From positions 45,023 to 109,022 of the forward strand of contig CAYWGQ010000002.1 of the NCBI GenBank assembly GCA_964457725.1: a stretch of DNA of 64,000 nucleotides, given 5' to 3'. Source of the stretch: an uncultured Gammaproteobacteria bacterium. Lineage in GTDB: Bacteria; Pseudomonadota; Gammaproteobacteria; Steroidobacterales; Rariloculaceae. This document shows positions 9,281-18,125 of this stretch, in pieces (the stretch's first letter is position 1; each line of letters begins with the position of its first letter). The notes below the pieces were generated by a model that was not told where the DNA came from, searched no databases, and saw only the letters and a program-made list of their open reading frames with translations. The position numbers and the translations under genes were made by a program.

Positions 9281-9987
9281 GGGTCCTCCGTGCGGTTCGG
9301 CGGGGGTGATCGGGCGAGCGCGGGCTCGCTCGGCTCGAGCAGACTCTCGTCGAACAGGCGCTCCGAGACCGCAGCGACGACCGAGTCGGCGAGCCGCTCG
9401 AACGCGGTGTCGTCCATCGTCTCCGAGCGGGCCGTCCAGACGAGCTCGTCGGTCTCGTTGTCGTACAGCGACGTTTCGACGACGACGTAGGTGTACTGCT
9501 CCCAGTAGCCCGCGGAGCGCACGACGTCGCGCGTCATGCGCCAATGCCAGTAATAGTTCCAGTGCGGGTAGTAGTACCAGAAGTACGGATGGCCGACGAT
9601 GACGCCGGGCGGCAGCGTGCCGAGATACGGCGACGCTCGTCTGAACACGCGGCGCTCGTCGACGGCGATCAGGCGGAAGATCAGCAGGGCGTCGATCTCG
9701 GCGTCGAGCAGCGCGGCTTCCATCTCCTCGTAGGTGTAGTCGCGGCTCGGCTCGAGAAACTGCCGCCCCTCGACCACGCGGACGCCGCGGCCTTCGAAAT
9801 GCTCGGCGGCCTGCCGCTCGAATGCACGGCTTTCGGCTTCCGTATCGAACAGCGCGACGACGCCGATCCGGCTGAACGGCATGCCGGAGAACGACGGGTC
9901 GGTCCATGCGGTTTCGATCGTCGTCGGCGCGACGGCGCAGCCGGCGAGGGCCGCGAGCGATGCGAGCACCAACGTCGGTCTGCACAT
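9277..9987 (-). CDS. lipoprotein (DUF4136-like)
   Basis: Lipobox LAALAGC at residues 11-17. The protein is aromatic-rich (FWYYYPHWNYYWHW). Its stop overlaps the dksA-like start by 4 nt. Confidence 0.65.
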   Translation of the reverse strand: MCRPTLVLASLAALAGCAVAPTTIETAWTDPSFSGMPFSRIGVVALFDTEAESRAFERQAAEHFEGRGVRVVEGRQFLEPSRDYTYEEMEAALLDAEIDALLIFRLIAVDERRVFRRASPYLGTLPPGVIVGHPYFWYYYPHWNYYWHWRMTRDVVRSAGYWEQYTYVVVETSLYDNETDELVWTARSETMDDTAFERLADSVVAAVSERLFDESLLEPSEPALARSPPPNRTEDP

Positions 9988-10059
9988 GGCACCGAAGGTG
10001 CAATGTCCGTGCCACGGCAGCGTGCCGCGACGCCGTCGGCCGCTCGTTAGGAAAGGCGC

Positions 10060-11619
10060 TTACTCGCTCGGCATTCGTGCAGGGGGATCGGCTGCCGCGT
10101 GGATACGCGCCGAAGCGGCGGAAAGCTCGCCTTCGACGCCGCGCCGCGTACGCATGCCGCGCCAGGCGAAGATCGCGCCGAGCGCGGCGAGCGTCGGCAG
10201 CAGCGGGTGCGCGACCGCGAGCGCGAGCGGATCGTCGAACAGGATCACGGTGTGGCGGAGCGAGCGCTCGAACATCGGCCCGAGGATGAAGCCGATTAGG
10301 AACACGATGAACGGGAACTCGAGCTTGCGCATGAAGTAGCCGAGGACGCCGAAGACGAGCGTGACGCCGACGCCGAACATCGAGCCCGCCGACACGTACG
10401 CGCCCGTCACGCAGAGGAGCGCTGTAGATGCGACGATCGCGTGCCGCGGGATCGCGAGAAACAGCGCGAAGAACCGCAAGCCGACGTTGCCGACGACGAG
10501 ATTCGCGAAGTTCGCGAGCATCAGCGACGCGAACAAACCGTAGACCACTTCCGGGTTTTCTTCGAACACGAACGGCCCGGGCGTGATTCCGTGGATCAGG
10601 AATGCGCCGACCAGGAGCGCGGCCGTCGCACTGCCGGGAATCCCGAGGGTGAGGAGCGGTATCAGGCTCGCGCCGATGACGGCGTTGTTCGCCGACTCGA
10701 CCGCCGCGACGCCCTCGAGCTTGCCCGTGCCGAACGCCTCCGGCGTCTTCGACGCGCGCCGCTCCGCGCCGTACGCGAGGAATGCGGCGACCGAGGCGCC
10801 GAGCCCCGGCAGCGCGCCGACCGCGGTCCCGATCACTGAGCCGCGCAGGATCGCCCGCGCGCAGCCCTTGAGCTCCGCGAGGCTCAGCCGATCCTTCGCG
10901 CCGCCGGAGAGGCCGAGCGGACGCGCCGTCTGCGGCGGCGGCCCGCGGAAGTACTCCTCGAGCTGCACGAGCACCTCGCCGAGCGCGAGCACGCCGATCG
11001 CGATCGCGACGAGCGGCAGCCCGTCCTGCAGCTCGAGCAATCCGAACGTGAGGCGCTCGCCGCCGGTCTCGAGATCGAGCCCGATCGTCGCGAGCAGCAT
11101 GCCGAACGCGAGCGCGAAAACGCCCTTCAGCACCGACCGGCCGAGCAGGCTCGCGATGAACGCGAACGAAAAGACCAGCACGCCGAGGATCTCCGGCGGC
11201 CCCATTCGCAGCGCGAGGACCGTCAGCGGCGCCGCGGAAACGATCAGCACGAGGTCAGCGAACACATCGCCCGCGACGGACGAGTAAAGCGACACCGACA
11301 GCGCCTTCCGCGGCTCGCCGCGCTTTGCGATCGGATGACCGTCGAGCGCCGTCAGCGCAGAGGACACTTCGCCGGGGGTGTTGATCAGGATCGAGGTGAT
11401 CGCGCCGCCGTACTCGCCGCCCTTGTGCACGCCGATCAAGAAGGCGATCGCCGACAGCGGGCTCATCGTATAGGTGAGGGGCACCCCGATCGCGATCGCC
11501 ATCGGCGCGCTCATGCCCGGAATCGCGCCGACCAGGATCCCGAGCGATACGCCGAGCACGATGAGGGCGACGTTGGTCGGTTCGAGCGCGGCGCCGATGC
11601 CGGCGAGGATCACTTCCAT
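10060..11619 (-). CDS. tctA: tripartite tricarboxylate transporter, large permease
   Basis: 519 aa polytopic membrane protein. The GAIPGMSAPMAIAIGVPLTY and GGEYGGAITSILINTPGE blocks are typical of TctA. Confidence 0.9.
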   Translation of the reverse strand: MEVILAGIGAALEPTNVALIVLGVSLGILVGAIPGMSAPMAIAIGVPLTYTMSPLSAIAFLIGVHKGGEYGGAITSILINTPGEVSSALTALDGHPIAKRGEPRKALSVSLYSSVAGDVFADLVLIVSAAPLTVLALRMGPPEILGVLVFSFAFIASLLGRSVLKGVFALAFGMLLATIGLDLETGGERLTFGLLELQDGLPLVAIAIGVLALGEVLVQLEEYFRGPPPQTARPLGLSGGAKDRLSLAELKGCARAILRGSVIGTAVGALPGLGASVAAFLAYGAERRASKTPEAFGTGKLEGVAAVESANNAVIGASLIPLLTLGIPGSATAALLVGAFLIHGITPGPFVFEENPEVVYGLFASLMLANFANLVVGNVGLRFFALFLAIPRHAIVASTALLCVTGAYVSAGSMFGVGVTLVFGVLGYFMRKLEFPFIVFLIGFILGPMFERSLRHTVILFDDPLALAVAHPLLPTLAALGAIFAWRGMRTRRGVEGELSAASARIHAAADPPARMPSE

Positions 11620-11634
11620 CGGACGGCGCCGTCG

Positions 11635-12078
11635 TTACGGCAGCGGGAAGCCGAGCACGCCGTCGAACAACAGCCACAGCGCGAGCGGGAACAGCACGGC
11701 CATGCCCGCCGTCGCCTTCCAGCTCGCACCGCCGATCGCGGTGAAGCCGCCGACGAGGACGGCGGCGCCGGCGAGATAGCCGAGGAGCTGCATCAGGACG
11801 AGCGCTCCGGCGAGCACCGCGCAGGCGGCGCCCACGAACAGCCAGCTCGGCCGGTCGAGCGGCGCCGGCTCGTCCGTCTCGGGAGCGCGGACCAGCCGCG
11901 CGACGAGGAGCAGCAGGGCGGCGGCGGTTGCGAGCACCGCGGCGACGTACGGCATGAACGCGGGGGGCAGGTCGCCGAACCCGACGTCCTGCGTCACCTG
12001 GCGCGGGATGATCACGAAGATCGTCAGAAGGCCCAGCAGGCCGAGCACGCCCGCGCTGATCAGGTCCGTCCGCCGCAT
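11635..12078 (-). CDS. tctB: tripartite tricarboxylate transporter, small membrane subunit
   Basis: 147 aa with four hydrophobic segments, positioned between tctC and tctA. Confidence 0.7.
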   Translation of the reverse strand: MRRTDLISAGVLGLLGLLTIFVIIPRQVTQDVGFGDLPPAFMPYVAAVLATAAALLLLVARLVRAPETDEPAPLDRPSWLFVGAACAVLAGALVLMQLLGYLAGAAVLVGGFTAIGGASWKATAGMAVLFPLALWLLFDGVLGFPLP

Positions 12079-12094
12079 CGCGTCCGCGGTCCGC

Positions 12095-13063
12095 CTATTC
12101 GCCGATTCGGGCGACGGCGCGGGCGAGCGTGTCGGCCTCGCTGCGCAGCGCCGCGGTCACGTCGTCCGGACCGAGGTAGTGCTCGGGATACTTCAAATTG
12201 TCGAGCAACGTGCGCATCGCGGGCGACCGGATCGCCTGCTCGAGCGCGGCCGACAACGGCTGCTTGATCTCCTCCGGCAACCCGGGCGGCGCGGAGACGA
12301 CGAACACGGAGCACGACGAGATGTCGTAGCCGAGCTCCCGCAGCGTCGGCACCTCGGGGGACGTCGCGAGCCGCGTGTCCTCGGCCGAGGCGAGCACGCG
12401 CATCTGCCCGGCGGCCACGTGGTCGACGTGCGGTCCGCCGGAGAAGCCGAAGTCGGCATGGCCGCCCAAAATCGCTTGCATCATCTCGCCGCCGCCCTGC
12501 ACCGTGATCACTCGGAACTGGACGCCGGCGACCTTCGCGATGAAGTCGGCGACGATCCTCGTCAACGGCGACTGCGATGCGAACACCGGCCGTTCGCCGC
12601 GGCGCGCGGCGGCGATCACGTCGTCGAGCGTCTCGTACGGCTTCCTCGTGCTCGTCACGAGCGCGCACTGGCCCTTCGAGACCGACGCGAGGTGCGTGAA
12701 GTCGTCGAGCGAGTAGCGCGTGACCGCGGGCATGATCACCGGATTGCCGGAGTACGCTTGCGATATCGCCATGCCGAGCGTGTAGCCGTCCGGCTTGCTG
12801 CGCGCGAGGAACGTCGCCATCACGCCGCCGCCGGCGCCCGTCCGGTTGTGCACGACGACGGGTTGCCCGAGGACCTCCTCGAGCGCCTTGGCGAGCACGC
12901 GGCCGAGCACGTCGGTGCTGCCGGCCGGCGTCGAGCCGATGTGCAAGTCGATCGCCTTCGTCGGATACTCGGCGCCCGCGGGCAGCGATGCGACCGCCAG
13001 CACGCCGGCGGCGAACGCGGCCGCGACCCGGCGGATTCCGCTCGTTCTCGGTCCTCGGATCAT
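12095..13063 (-). CDS. tctC: Bug/TctC-family periplasmic substrate-binding protein
   Basis: 322 aa with a signal peptide. Contains VVVHNRTGAGGGV, KPDGYTL and VQGGGEMMQAILGGHADFG, typical of the Bug family. Confidence 0.85.
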   Translation of the reverse strand: MIRGPRTSGIRRVAAAFAAGVLAVASLPAGAEYPTKAIDLHIGSTPAGSTDVLGRVLAKALEEVLGQPVVVHNRTGAGGGVMATFLARSKPDGYTLGMAISQAYSGNPVIMPAVTRYSLDDFTHLASVSKGQCALVTSTRKPYETLDDVIAAARRGERPVFASQSPLTRIVADFIAKVAGVQFRVITVQGGGEMMQAILGGHADFGFSGGPHVDHVAAGQMRVLASAEDTRLATSPEVPTLRELGYDISSCSVFVVSAPPGLPEEIKQPLSAALEQAIRSPAMRTLLDNLKYPEHYLGPDDVTAALRSEADTLARAVARIGE

Positions 13064-13082
13064 CGGGTCGACCGTTCCCGCC

Positions 13083-14030
13083 TCACGCAGCCGGCCGCGC
13101 CGGCCCGAGCATCTCGCCCGCGAGCGCGCGCGACGGCACGCCGTCGACGCCGACCGGCACGTCGCCGACCAGCGTCACGCGATAGAGCTGCCGATCGAAA
13201 TCGGTCTCGAACACGTCCTCGGGCGCGAGATGCGCGGTTGCGCGGTTGTCCCACATCGCGATGTCTCCCGCGTTCCAGCGGAAGCGGCAGACGAAGTCCG
13301 GCCGCACGACGTGCTCCCACAGGAGCTCGAGAAGCTGCTGGCTCTCGCGAGCGGTCAGCCCGACGATGGAGCGCAGGAACGCAGGGCTCACGTACAACGC
13401 GCGCTCGCCGGTCTCGGGATGCACGCGCACGAGCGGATGCTCGCTCGAGAAGCTCGTGCGGTTCGTCTGCGCGAGCGCGTTCCCGGTGACCTTGCCGTAG
13501 CCGTGAATGCCGCGCAGCCCGTCGACGAACCGGCGCATCGTCGGCGAGAGGGCATCGTAGGCCGCGACGAGGTTCGTGAACTGCGTGTCGCCTCCGTAAG
13601 GCGGGACGGTGACCGCACGGAGGATCGATACGGCGGGCGGATTGACGATCGTCGTCAGATCGGTATGCCAGCCGGTCCACGGCCGGATCGGGTCCGGCTC
13701 GGCGTGACTATGGCGCTCGCGTCGCTTCGCGACGGAGTACACCTCCGGGAAGCCTTCCTCGTGGCCGTAGAGGACGTGGCCGATCGTCGGCTCGCCGAGC
13801 GCGCGTGCGAAGGCGACGTGCTGCGCGTGGTCGAGGTGCTGATCGCGGAAGAACACGACTTTCCATTTGAGGAGTGCCGCGCGCACCGCGGCCACGGTCT
13901 CCCGCGACGGCGGTTGCTTGAGATCGACGCCGAAGATCTCGGCGCCGGTGAAAACCGTCATCGGCCGGACCTCGATCGTGCCCGGTGTCGTCCGCTCGTC
14001 GAGCGGCGATGCTGAAGCCATGACTCGCAT
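13083..14030 (-). CDS. TauD/TfdA-family Fe(II)/2-oxoglutarate dioxygenase
   Basis: 315 aa. Contains GAEIFGVDL, VVFFRDQHL, the WHTDLT (HxD) facial-triad motif and MWDNRATAH. Confidence 0.85.
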   Translation of the reverse strand: MRVMASASPLDERTTPGTIEVRPMTVFTGAEIFGVDLKQPPSRETVAAVRAALLKWKVVFFRDQHLDHAQHVAFARALGEPTIGHVLYGHEEGFPEVYSVAKRRERHSHAEPDPIRPWTGWHTDLTTIVNPPAVSILRAVTVPPYGGDTQFTNLVAAYDALSPTMRRFVDGLRGIHGYGKVTGNALAQTNRTSFSSEHPLVRVHPETGERALYVSPAFLRSIVGLTARESQQLLELLWEHVVRPDFVCRFRWNAGDIAMWDNRATAHLAPEDVFETDFDRQLYRVTLVGDVPVGVDGVPSRALAGEMLGPARPAA

Positions 14031-14184
14031 CCCCCTGCGGCCGAGCGCGCTTCGGCTTTACAAGCCTTTCGGCGCTCTGCTATTAGCTCCGAAGAGTGAG
14101 GCGAAAGCGACCGCCGGGTCAAGCACGGCGATGCTCGGAAGGCGGAGCGGGGCTCCGCGGGGGAACCAAGGAACTCGTTCGTAT

Positions 14185-15036
14185 ATGTCCATGTCGCGGC
14201 AGCAAGAATCCGTGGTCATCCGACCCCTGAATCCCGTCATCGGTGCGGAGCTGCACGGCTTCGACCTCAGAGAGGAGCTCACCGACGAGGACGTCGAGAC
14301 GATTCGCGCCGCGCTGAACCGCTACGGAGTCGTCTTTTTCCGCGATCAGGACATCACGCCCGAGCAGCAGCTTCGCTTCGGTCGGCGGTTCGGCGAGCTG
14401 CACGTGCATCCTTCCGTCCGCGGCAAGCCGCGTGAGGAGTGGACCGAGCTTCTCGCCGTGCACGCGGACGAGCGCACGGTGCGCGTCGTCGGCGACAAGT
14501 GGCACACCGACGTGTCCTGCGACGAGAAGCCGCCGTACGCGAGCATCCTGCACCTGCACACCGTCCCGGAAACCGGCGGCGACACGCTCTTCTCGAGCAT
14601 GTACGCGGCGTACGAGGCGCTGTCCGAGCCAATGAAGCGCTTCCTCGAACCGCTGACCGCGACGCACGACGGGGCACCGAACTACGCGGACCGCGCGCGG
14701 CGCGATCCCGAGTCGGGCAGACATCGGGTCGATCCGGTGGCGGTGCACCCCGTGATCGCGACGCACCCGTTCACGCGCCGAAAGACCATCTATGTGAACT
14801 CGATCTTCACGGTGCGGATCAACGAGCTCGAGCCGGCGGAGAGCGACGCGCTGCTCGCGTTCCTGTTCGCGCACGTCGCGCGTCCGGAATTCCAGTGCCG
14901 GTTCCGCTGGCGGCGAAACTCGATCGCCTTCTGGGACAACCGGGCCGTGCAGCATTACGCCGTCTGGGACTACTACCCGGCTGTCCGCTCCGGGCACCGC
15001 GTGACGATTCGCGGCGACCGTCCGGCCAGGGCGTGA
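14185..15036 (+). CDS. TauD/TfdA-family Fe(II)/2-oxoglutarate dioxygenase
   Basis: ATG at 14185 gives a 283 aa product. Contains GAELHGFDL, VVFFRDQDI, WHTDVSCDEKPP, GGDTLF and FWDNRAVQH. It is divergent from its paralog at 13083..14030. Confidence 0.85.
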   Translation: MSMSRQQESVVIRPLNPVIGAELHGFDLREELTDEDVETIRAALNRYGVVFFRDQDITPEQQLRFGRRFGELHVHPSVRGKPREEWTELLAVHADERTVRVVGDKWHTDVSCDEKPPYASILHLHTVPETGGDTLFSSMYAAYEALSEPMKRFLEPLTATHDGAPNYADRARRDPESGRHRVDPVAVHPVIATHPFTRRKTIYVNSIFTVRINELEPAESDALLAFLFAHVARPEFQCRFRWRRNSIAFWDNRAVQHYAVWDYYPAVRSGHRVTIRGDRPARA

Positions 15037-16337
15037 CCGACTGCGAAGTCGTCGTCATCGGCGCGGGCGCCGCGGGCCTGGCGGCAGCGGCCGAGCTCGA
15101 TCGTCGCGGCCGCAGCGTCTGCGTGCTCGAGGCGCGCTCGCGCATCGGCGGACGGATACTGACCGAACGCGCGCCTGGATTCCCGGCACCGCTCGAGCTC
15201 GGCGCGGAGTTCGTTCACGGCCGCCCGGCCGCGACCGTCGGCCGGCTCGAAGCGCATGGCGGCGCGATCGTCGACGCGGGCGGCGAGCACTGGATGCTGC
15301 ACCGCGGCCGGCTGCAGCGCGCGGAAGGCGTGTTCGCCGAGTTGAAGCGCGCGCTGCGCCGCGCGCGGGTGCCGCGCGGCGACTTGCCGTTCGCCGAGTT
15401 CCTCCGAGCGCACGGGCGCGGACTTTCCCGAGAAGCGCGGCAGCTCGCACGCCTGCTCGTCGAGGGGTTCGACGCGGCCGACGCGACGCGTGCGAGCACG
15501 CAAGCGATATTGCGCGAGTGGCGCGGGCAGGGGGCGGCCGATGCGCCGACGTATCGCCCGCTCGGCGGCTACGCCGTGCTGCTCGATGCGCTCCGCGCGG
15601 CGCTCGGCGGCGCGCGCGTCGAGCTCGAGTCGGTCGTCGAGGCGGTGCGCTGGTCGCGAGGCCGCGTCGTCGTCACGGCTACGCGCCGCGGGGAGGCGTT
15701 CGAGATCGTCGCGTCCGCTGCGGTGATCGCGTTGCCGCTCGGCGTGCTCCAGGCGGGCGTCGTGCGGTTCGATCCGGAGCTCGCGGCGAAGCGCAGCGCG
15801 CTCGAAGGCCTCGCCGCCGGTCCGGTCATCAAGGTGCTGCTGCGCTTCGGCAGCGCCTTCTGGGAGACGATCGATCGCGGCCGCTACCGGAATGCCGCGT
15901 TCTTTCAGTCCGCCGCGGCGCCGATCCCGACGTTCTGGACGGCGTTGCCGCTACGCGTGCCGCTCCTGACCGGATGGGCCGCGGGGCCGAAGGCGGCCGC
16001 GCTCGCCGGCGCGGGCGAGCGCGCGATCGTCCGCGCGGCCGTTGCGAGCCTCGAAGCGCTATTCGGCGTGCGGCGGCGTTGGGGCGCGCGGCTCGTAGCC
16101 GCGTACGTGCACGACTGGCAAGAGGACGAGCTCGCGCGCGGCGGCTACAGCTACGTCGTGAGCGGCCGCGCGGACGACGCGCGGGCCGCGCTCGCGGCGC
16201 CGCTCGAGCGGACGCTCTACTTCGCCGGCGAGGCGGCCGACACGGCCGGGGAGTCCGGAACGGTCGCCGGCGCGCTGCAGAGCGGGCTCCGCGCGGGCGG
16301 CGAGGCGGCCCGGGCCCTCGCTCGACGAGCGCGCTAG
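15033..16337 (+). CDS. flavin-containing amine oxidase family protein
   Basis: A GTG at 15033 overlaps the preceding stop (GTGA). Contains VVVIGAGAAGLAAAAEL...VLEARSRIGGR (FAD fold) and a C-terminal YFAGEA..GTVAGALQSG. Confidence 0.8.
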   Translation: MTDCEVVVIGAGAAGLAAAAELDRRGRSVCVLEARSRIGGRILTERAPGFPAPLELGAEFVHGRPAATVGRLEAHGGAIVDAGGEHWMLHRGRLQRAEGVFAELKRALRRARVPRGDLPFAEFLRAHGRGLSREARQLARLLVEGFDAADATRASTQAILREWRGQGAADAPTYRPLGGYAVLLDALRAALGGARVELESVVEAVRWSRGRVVVTATRRGEAFEIVASAAVIALPLGVLQAGVVRFDPELAAKRSALEGLAAGPVIKVLLRFGSAFWETIDRGRYRNAAFFQSAAAPIPTFWTALPLRVPLLTGWAAGPKAAALAGAGERAIVRAAVASLEALFGVRRRWGARLVAAYVHDWQEDELARGGYSYVVSGRADDARAALAAPLERTLYFAGEAADTAGESGTVAGALQSGLRAGGEAARALARRAR

Positions 16338-16350
16338 AATTGGCGACGAC

Positions 16351-17382
16351 GTGCTGCCGAATCGATCGATGCGCTTCCTTTTGCCGTTGACGCTGCTCTT
16401 GGGTGTTGCGCCGCTCGCGTCCGCGCATCATTCCCGCGCGGAGTACACCGAGGGCGCGCGCGAGATCGAGGGCACGCTCGTGCGGATCCTGTGGCGCAAT
16501 CCGCACCCGGGCTTCACGATCGAGACGGTCGAGGCCGGTCGGACGGTGACGTGGGAAGTCGAGGGATGGAGCTCGCTCTACACGTTCGATCGTGCCGGCA
16601 TCACGCGCGAGCGCTTTCGGGAGGGCGACACGGTGCGGGTCGTCGGCCTGCCGTCCGGGCGTCGTCCCGGCCGCCTGCTCGGCACGCACATCCTGCTCGC
16701 CGACGGCACCGAGGCCGTGATGAAGCGTGACGCCGAGCCGTACTGGGCGGACGGGCGGCACATCGGCGGCAGGCGAAACTGGGAGGCGGAGACGCGCGCG
16801 GCGGTCGTCGACGCGGCGGCCGAGAACCGGGGGATCTTCCGAGTCTGGAGCTACCCGTCGCCGGTCTACGAGACGCGCGAGCACGTGCGGCTGACCGCGG
16901 CGGCCGAGGCGGCGCGCGCGGCCTTCGACGAGGTCGACAATCCGATCATGGCCTGCGAACAGAAGAGCATGCCGGGCAGCATGCTGACCCCGAATCCGTA
17001 CGAGTTCGTCGACGGCGGCTCGACCATCACGATCCGCGGCTACGAGGGCGACGTGGTGCGGACGGTGTATCTAGAACAACCTTTAAATATTGATCAGATA
17101 CCATTGACCAAGCAGGGATTATCGGTCGGTCGTTGGGAGGATGCGCGGACGCTCGTGATCCACACGTCGCGAATCGACGCGCCGCACCTCGGCTTCAGCG
17201 GCGTCCCGCTCTCGGCGGCCGCGACGGTCGTCGAGCGCTATCGGCTGAGCGAGGATCAGACGCGGCTCGATTTCACGATCGTCGTGACCGATCCGGCGAC
17301 GTTCATCGAGCCCGCGACCTTCGAGTTCCATTGGCTCGCGCTCGGGGAGCGCTTCGGCCGCTACGACTGCACCGTCCACTGA
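16351..17382 (+). CDS. fusion protein: N-terminal AHHS (DUF6152-like) domain plus C-terminal partner-family domain
   Basis: Signal peptide ...PLASA then HHS, with NPH 25 aa later, as in 28884, 39840 and 47804. The C-terminal 220 aa aligns with 40248, 46557 and 48307 (GLSVGRWEDARTLVIHT, VVERY, VTDPATFIEPATF, terminal YDC). An alternative start is ATG 16369. Confidence 0.75.
   Translation: MLPNRSMRFLLPLTLLLGVAPLASAHHSRAEYTEGAREIEGTLVRILWRNPHPGFTIETVEAGRTVTWEVEGWSSLYTFDRAGITRERFREGDTVRVVGLPSGRRPGRLLGTHILLADGTEAVMKRDAEPYWADGRHIGGRRNWEAETRAAVVDAAAENRGIFRVWSYPSPVYETREHVRLTAAAEAARAAFDEVDNPIMACEQKSMPGSMLTPNPYEFVDGGSTITIRGYEGDVVRTVYLEQPLNIDQIPLTKQGLSVGRWEDARTLVIHTSRIDAPHLGFSGVPLSAAATVVERYRLSEDQTRLDFTIVVTDPATFIEPATFEFHWLALGERFGRYDCTVH
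17068..17124 (+). other. in-frame AT-rich patch (19 codons, 35% GC) inside CDS 16351..17382
   Basis: Counted by hand: 20 G/C of 57 nt, and only 6 of 19 codons end in G/C. The codons include TTA x2, ATA, CTA, AAT, ATT, CAA and GAA. Flanking codons almost all end in G/C. Confidence 0.9.
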
Positions 17383-17424
17383 GCGCGGCTCTTCCGCGGA
17401 CGCGCTCGCCGTGGCGGGTAACGC

Positions 17425-18036
17425 TCAGCGTCCGTCGTCGTCGCCGTCGTCGTCCTTGCCGGTGAACACGAGCTCGGGCGACAGCATCTCGCCCGGCGGG
17501 GCATCGGCTTCCGCGGCATCCGCGGCGGCGGGCTCGGTGCCCTCGGGGGCCCGTCCGTCCCGCGACCACGGCGTCTCGCCGAGCAGTGCGTTGATGGTGC
17601 CGTCGTGCGTGGCTGCCGGCAGCACGCGACGCTCCGCGTGTGCGGGAGGCGCCGACCGTGCGCGCGGCTCGCGCAAGAACTCGCGATCGATGCTCGTCCG
17701 CTCGAGCTCGCGGTTCGCCGCCGCGAGCCTCGCCATCACCTCGTTGTGCTTGTCCGCAAGCTTCTCGAGCTCGGCCTCGCGCTCGGCGAGCTTCCGTGCC
17801 GCGCTCTCGGCGCGCTCGCGCGCGTCCGCGAGCTGCTTCGCGTAGCTCTTCTCCAAGACCTCGAGCTTGAACTCGAGCTGCTCGACGTTCGTTCGAAACG
17901 CGGCCGACCGCTGCCGCTCCTCCGTGAGCGCGCGCTCGAGCCGCGCGATCGCGGCGTCGCGCTCGTCCGGAGCGGCTGCGGGCTCGCCGGTCGGGGCAGG
18001 GGCGGCCGCCGCCGCCGAGGTGCGGTCGTTGCTCAT
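17425..18036 (-). CDS. coiled-coil protein with acidic C-terminus
   Basis: ATG at 18036 gives a 203 aa product. A heptad-like stretch (RLERALTEERQRSAAFRTNVEQLEFKLEVLEKSYAKQLADARERAESAARKLAEREAELEKLADKHNEVMARLAAANRELE) is followed by an acidic tail KDDDGDDDGR. Confidence 0.55.
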   Translation of the reverse strand: MSNDRTSAAAAAPAPTGEPAAAPDERDAAIARLERALTEERQRSAAFRTNVEQLEFKLEVLEKSYAKQLADARERAESAARKLAEREAELEKLADKHNEVMARLAAANRELERTSIDREFLREPRARSAPPAHAERRVLPAATHDGTINALLGETPWSRDGRAPEGTEPAAADAAEADAPPGEMLSPELVFTGKDDDGDDDGR

Positions 18037-18125
18037 CGCAAGGCGGTGATAGTCGAACCGTACGCGAGGGTACCGGGAAGCCGAGCGGCGCGCCCTGACG
18101 CCGATCACACCGGCCCCGGCGCGGC

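Noticed and set aside
17070-17096. Cluster of TCTAGA, TTTAAA, AATATT and TGATCA read as a synthetic polylinker or vector contamination
   Set aside because: The patch is exactly in frame. It replaces a paralog-aligned segment of equal length and is flanked by native coding sequence with no vector-like features. Palindromic hexamers are also expected to be enriched in any AT-rich stretch. It cannot be fully excluded without reads, so it is retained only as part of the AT-patch finding.
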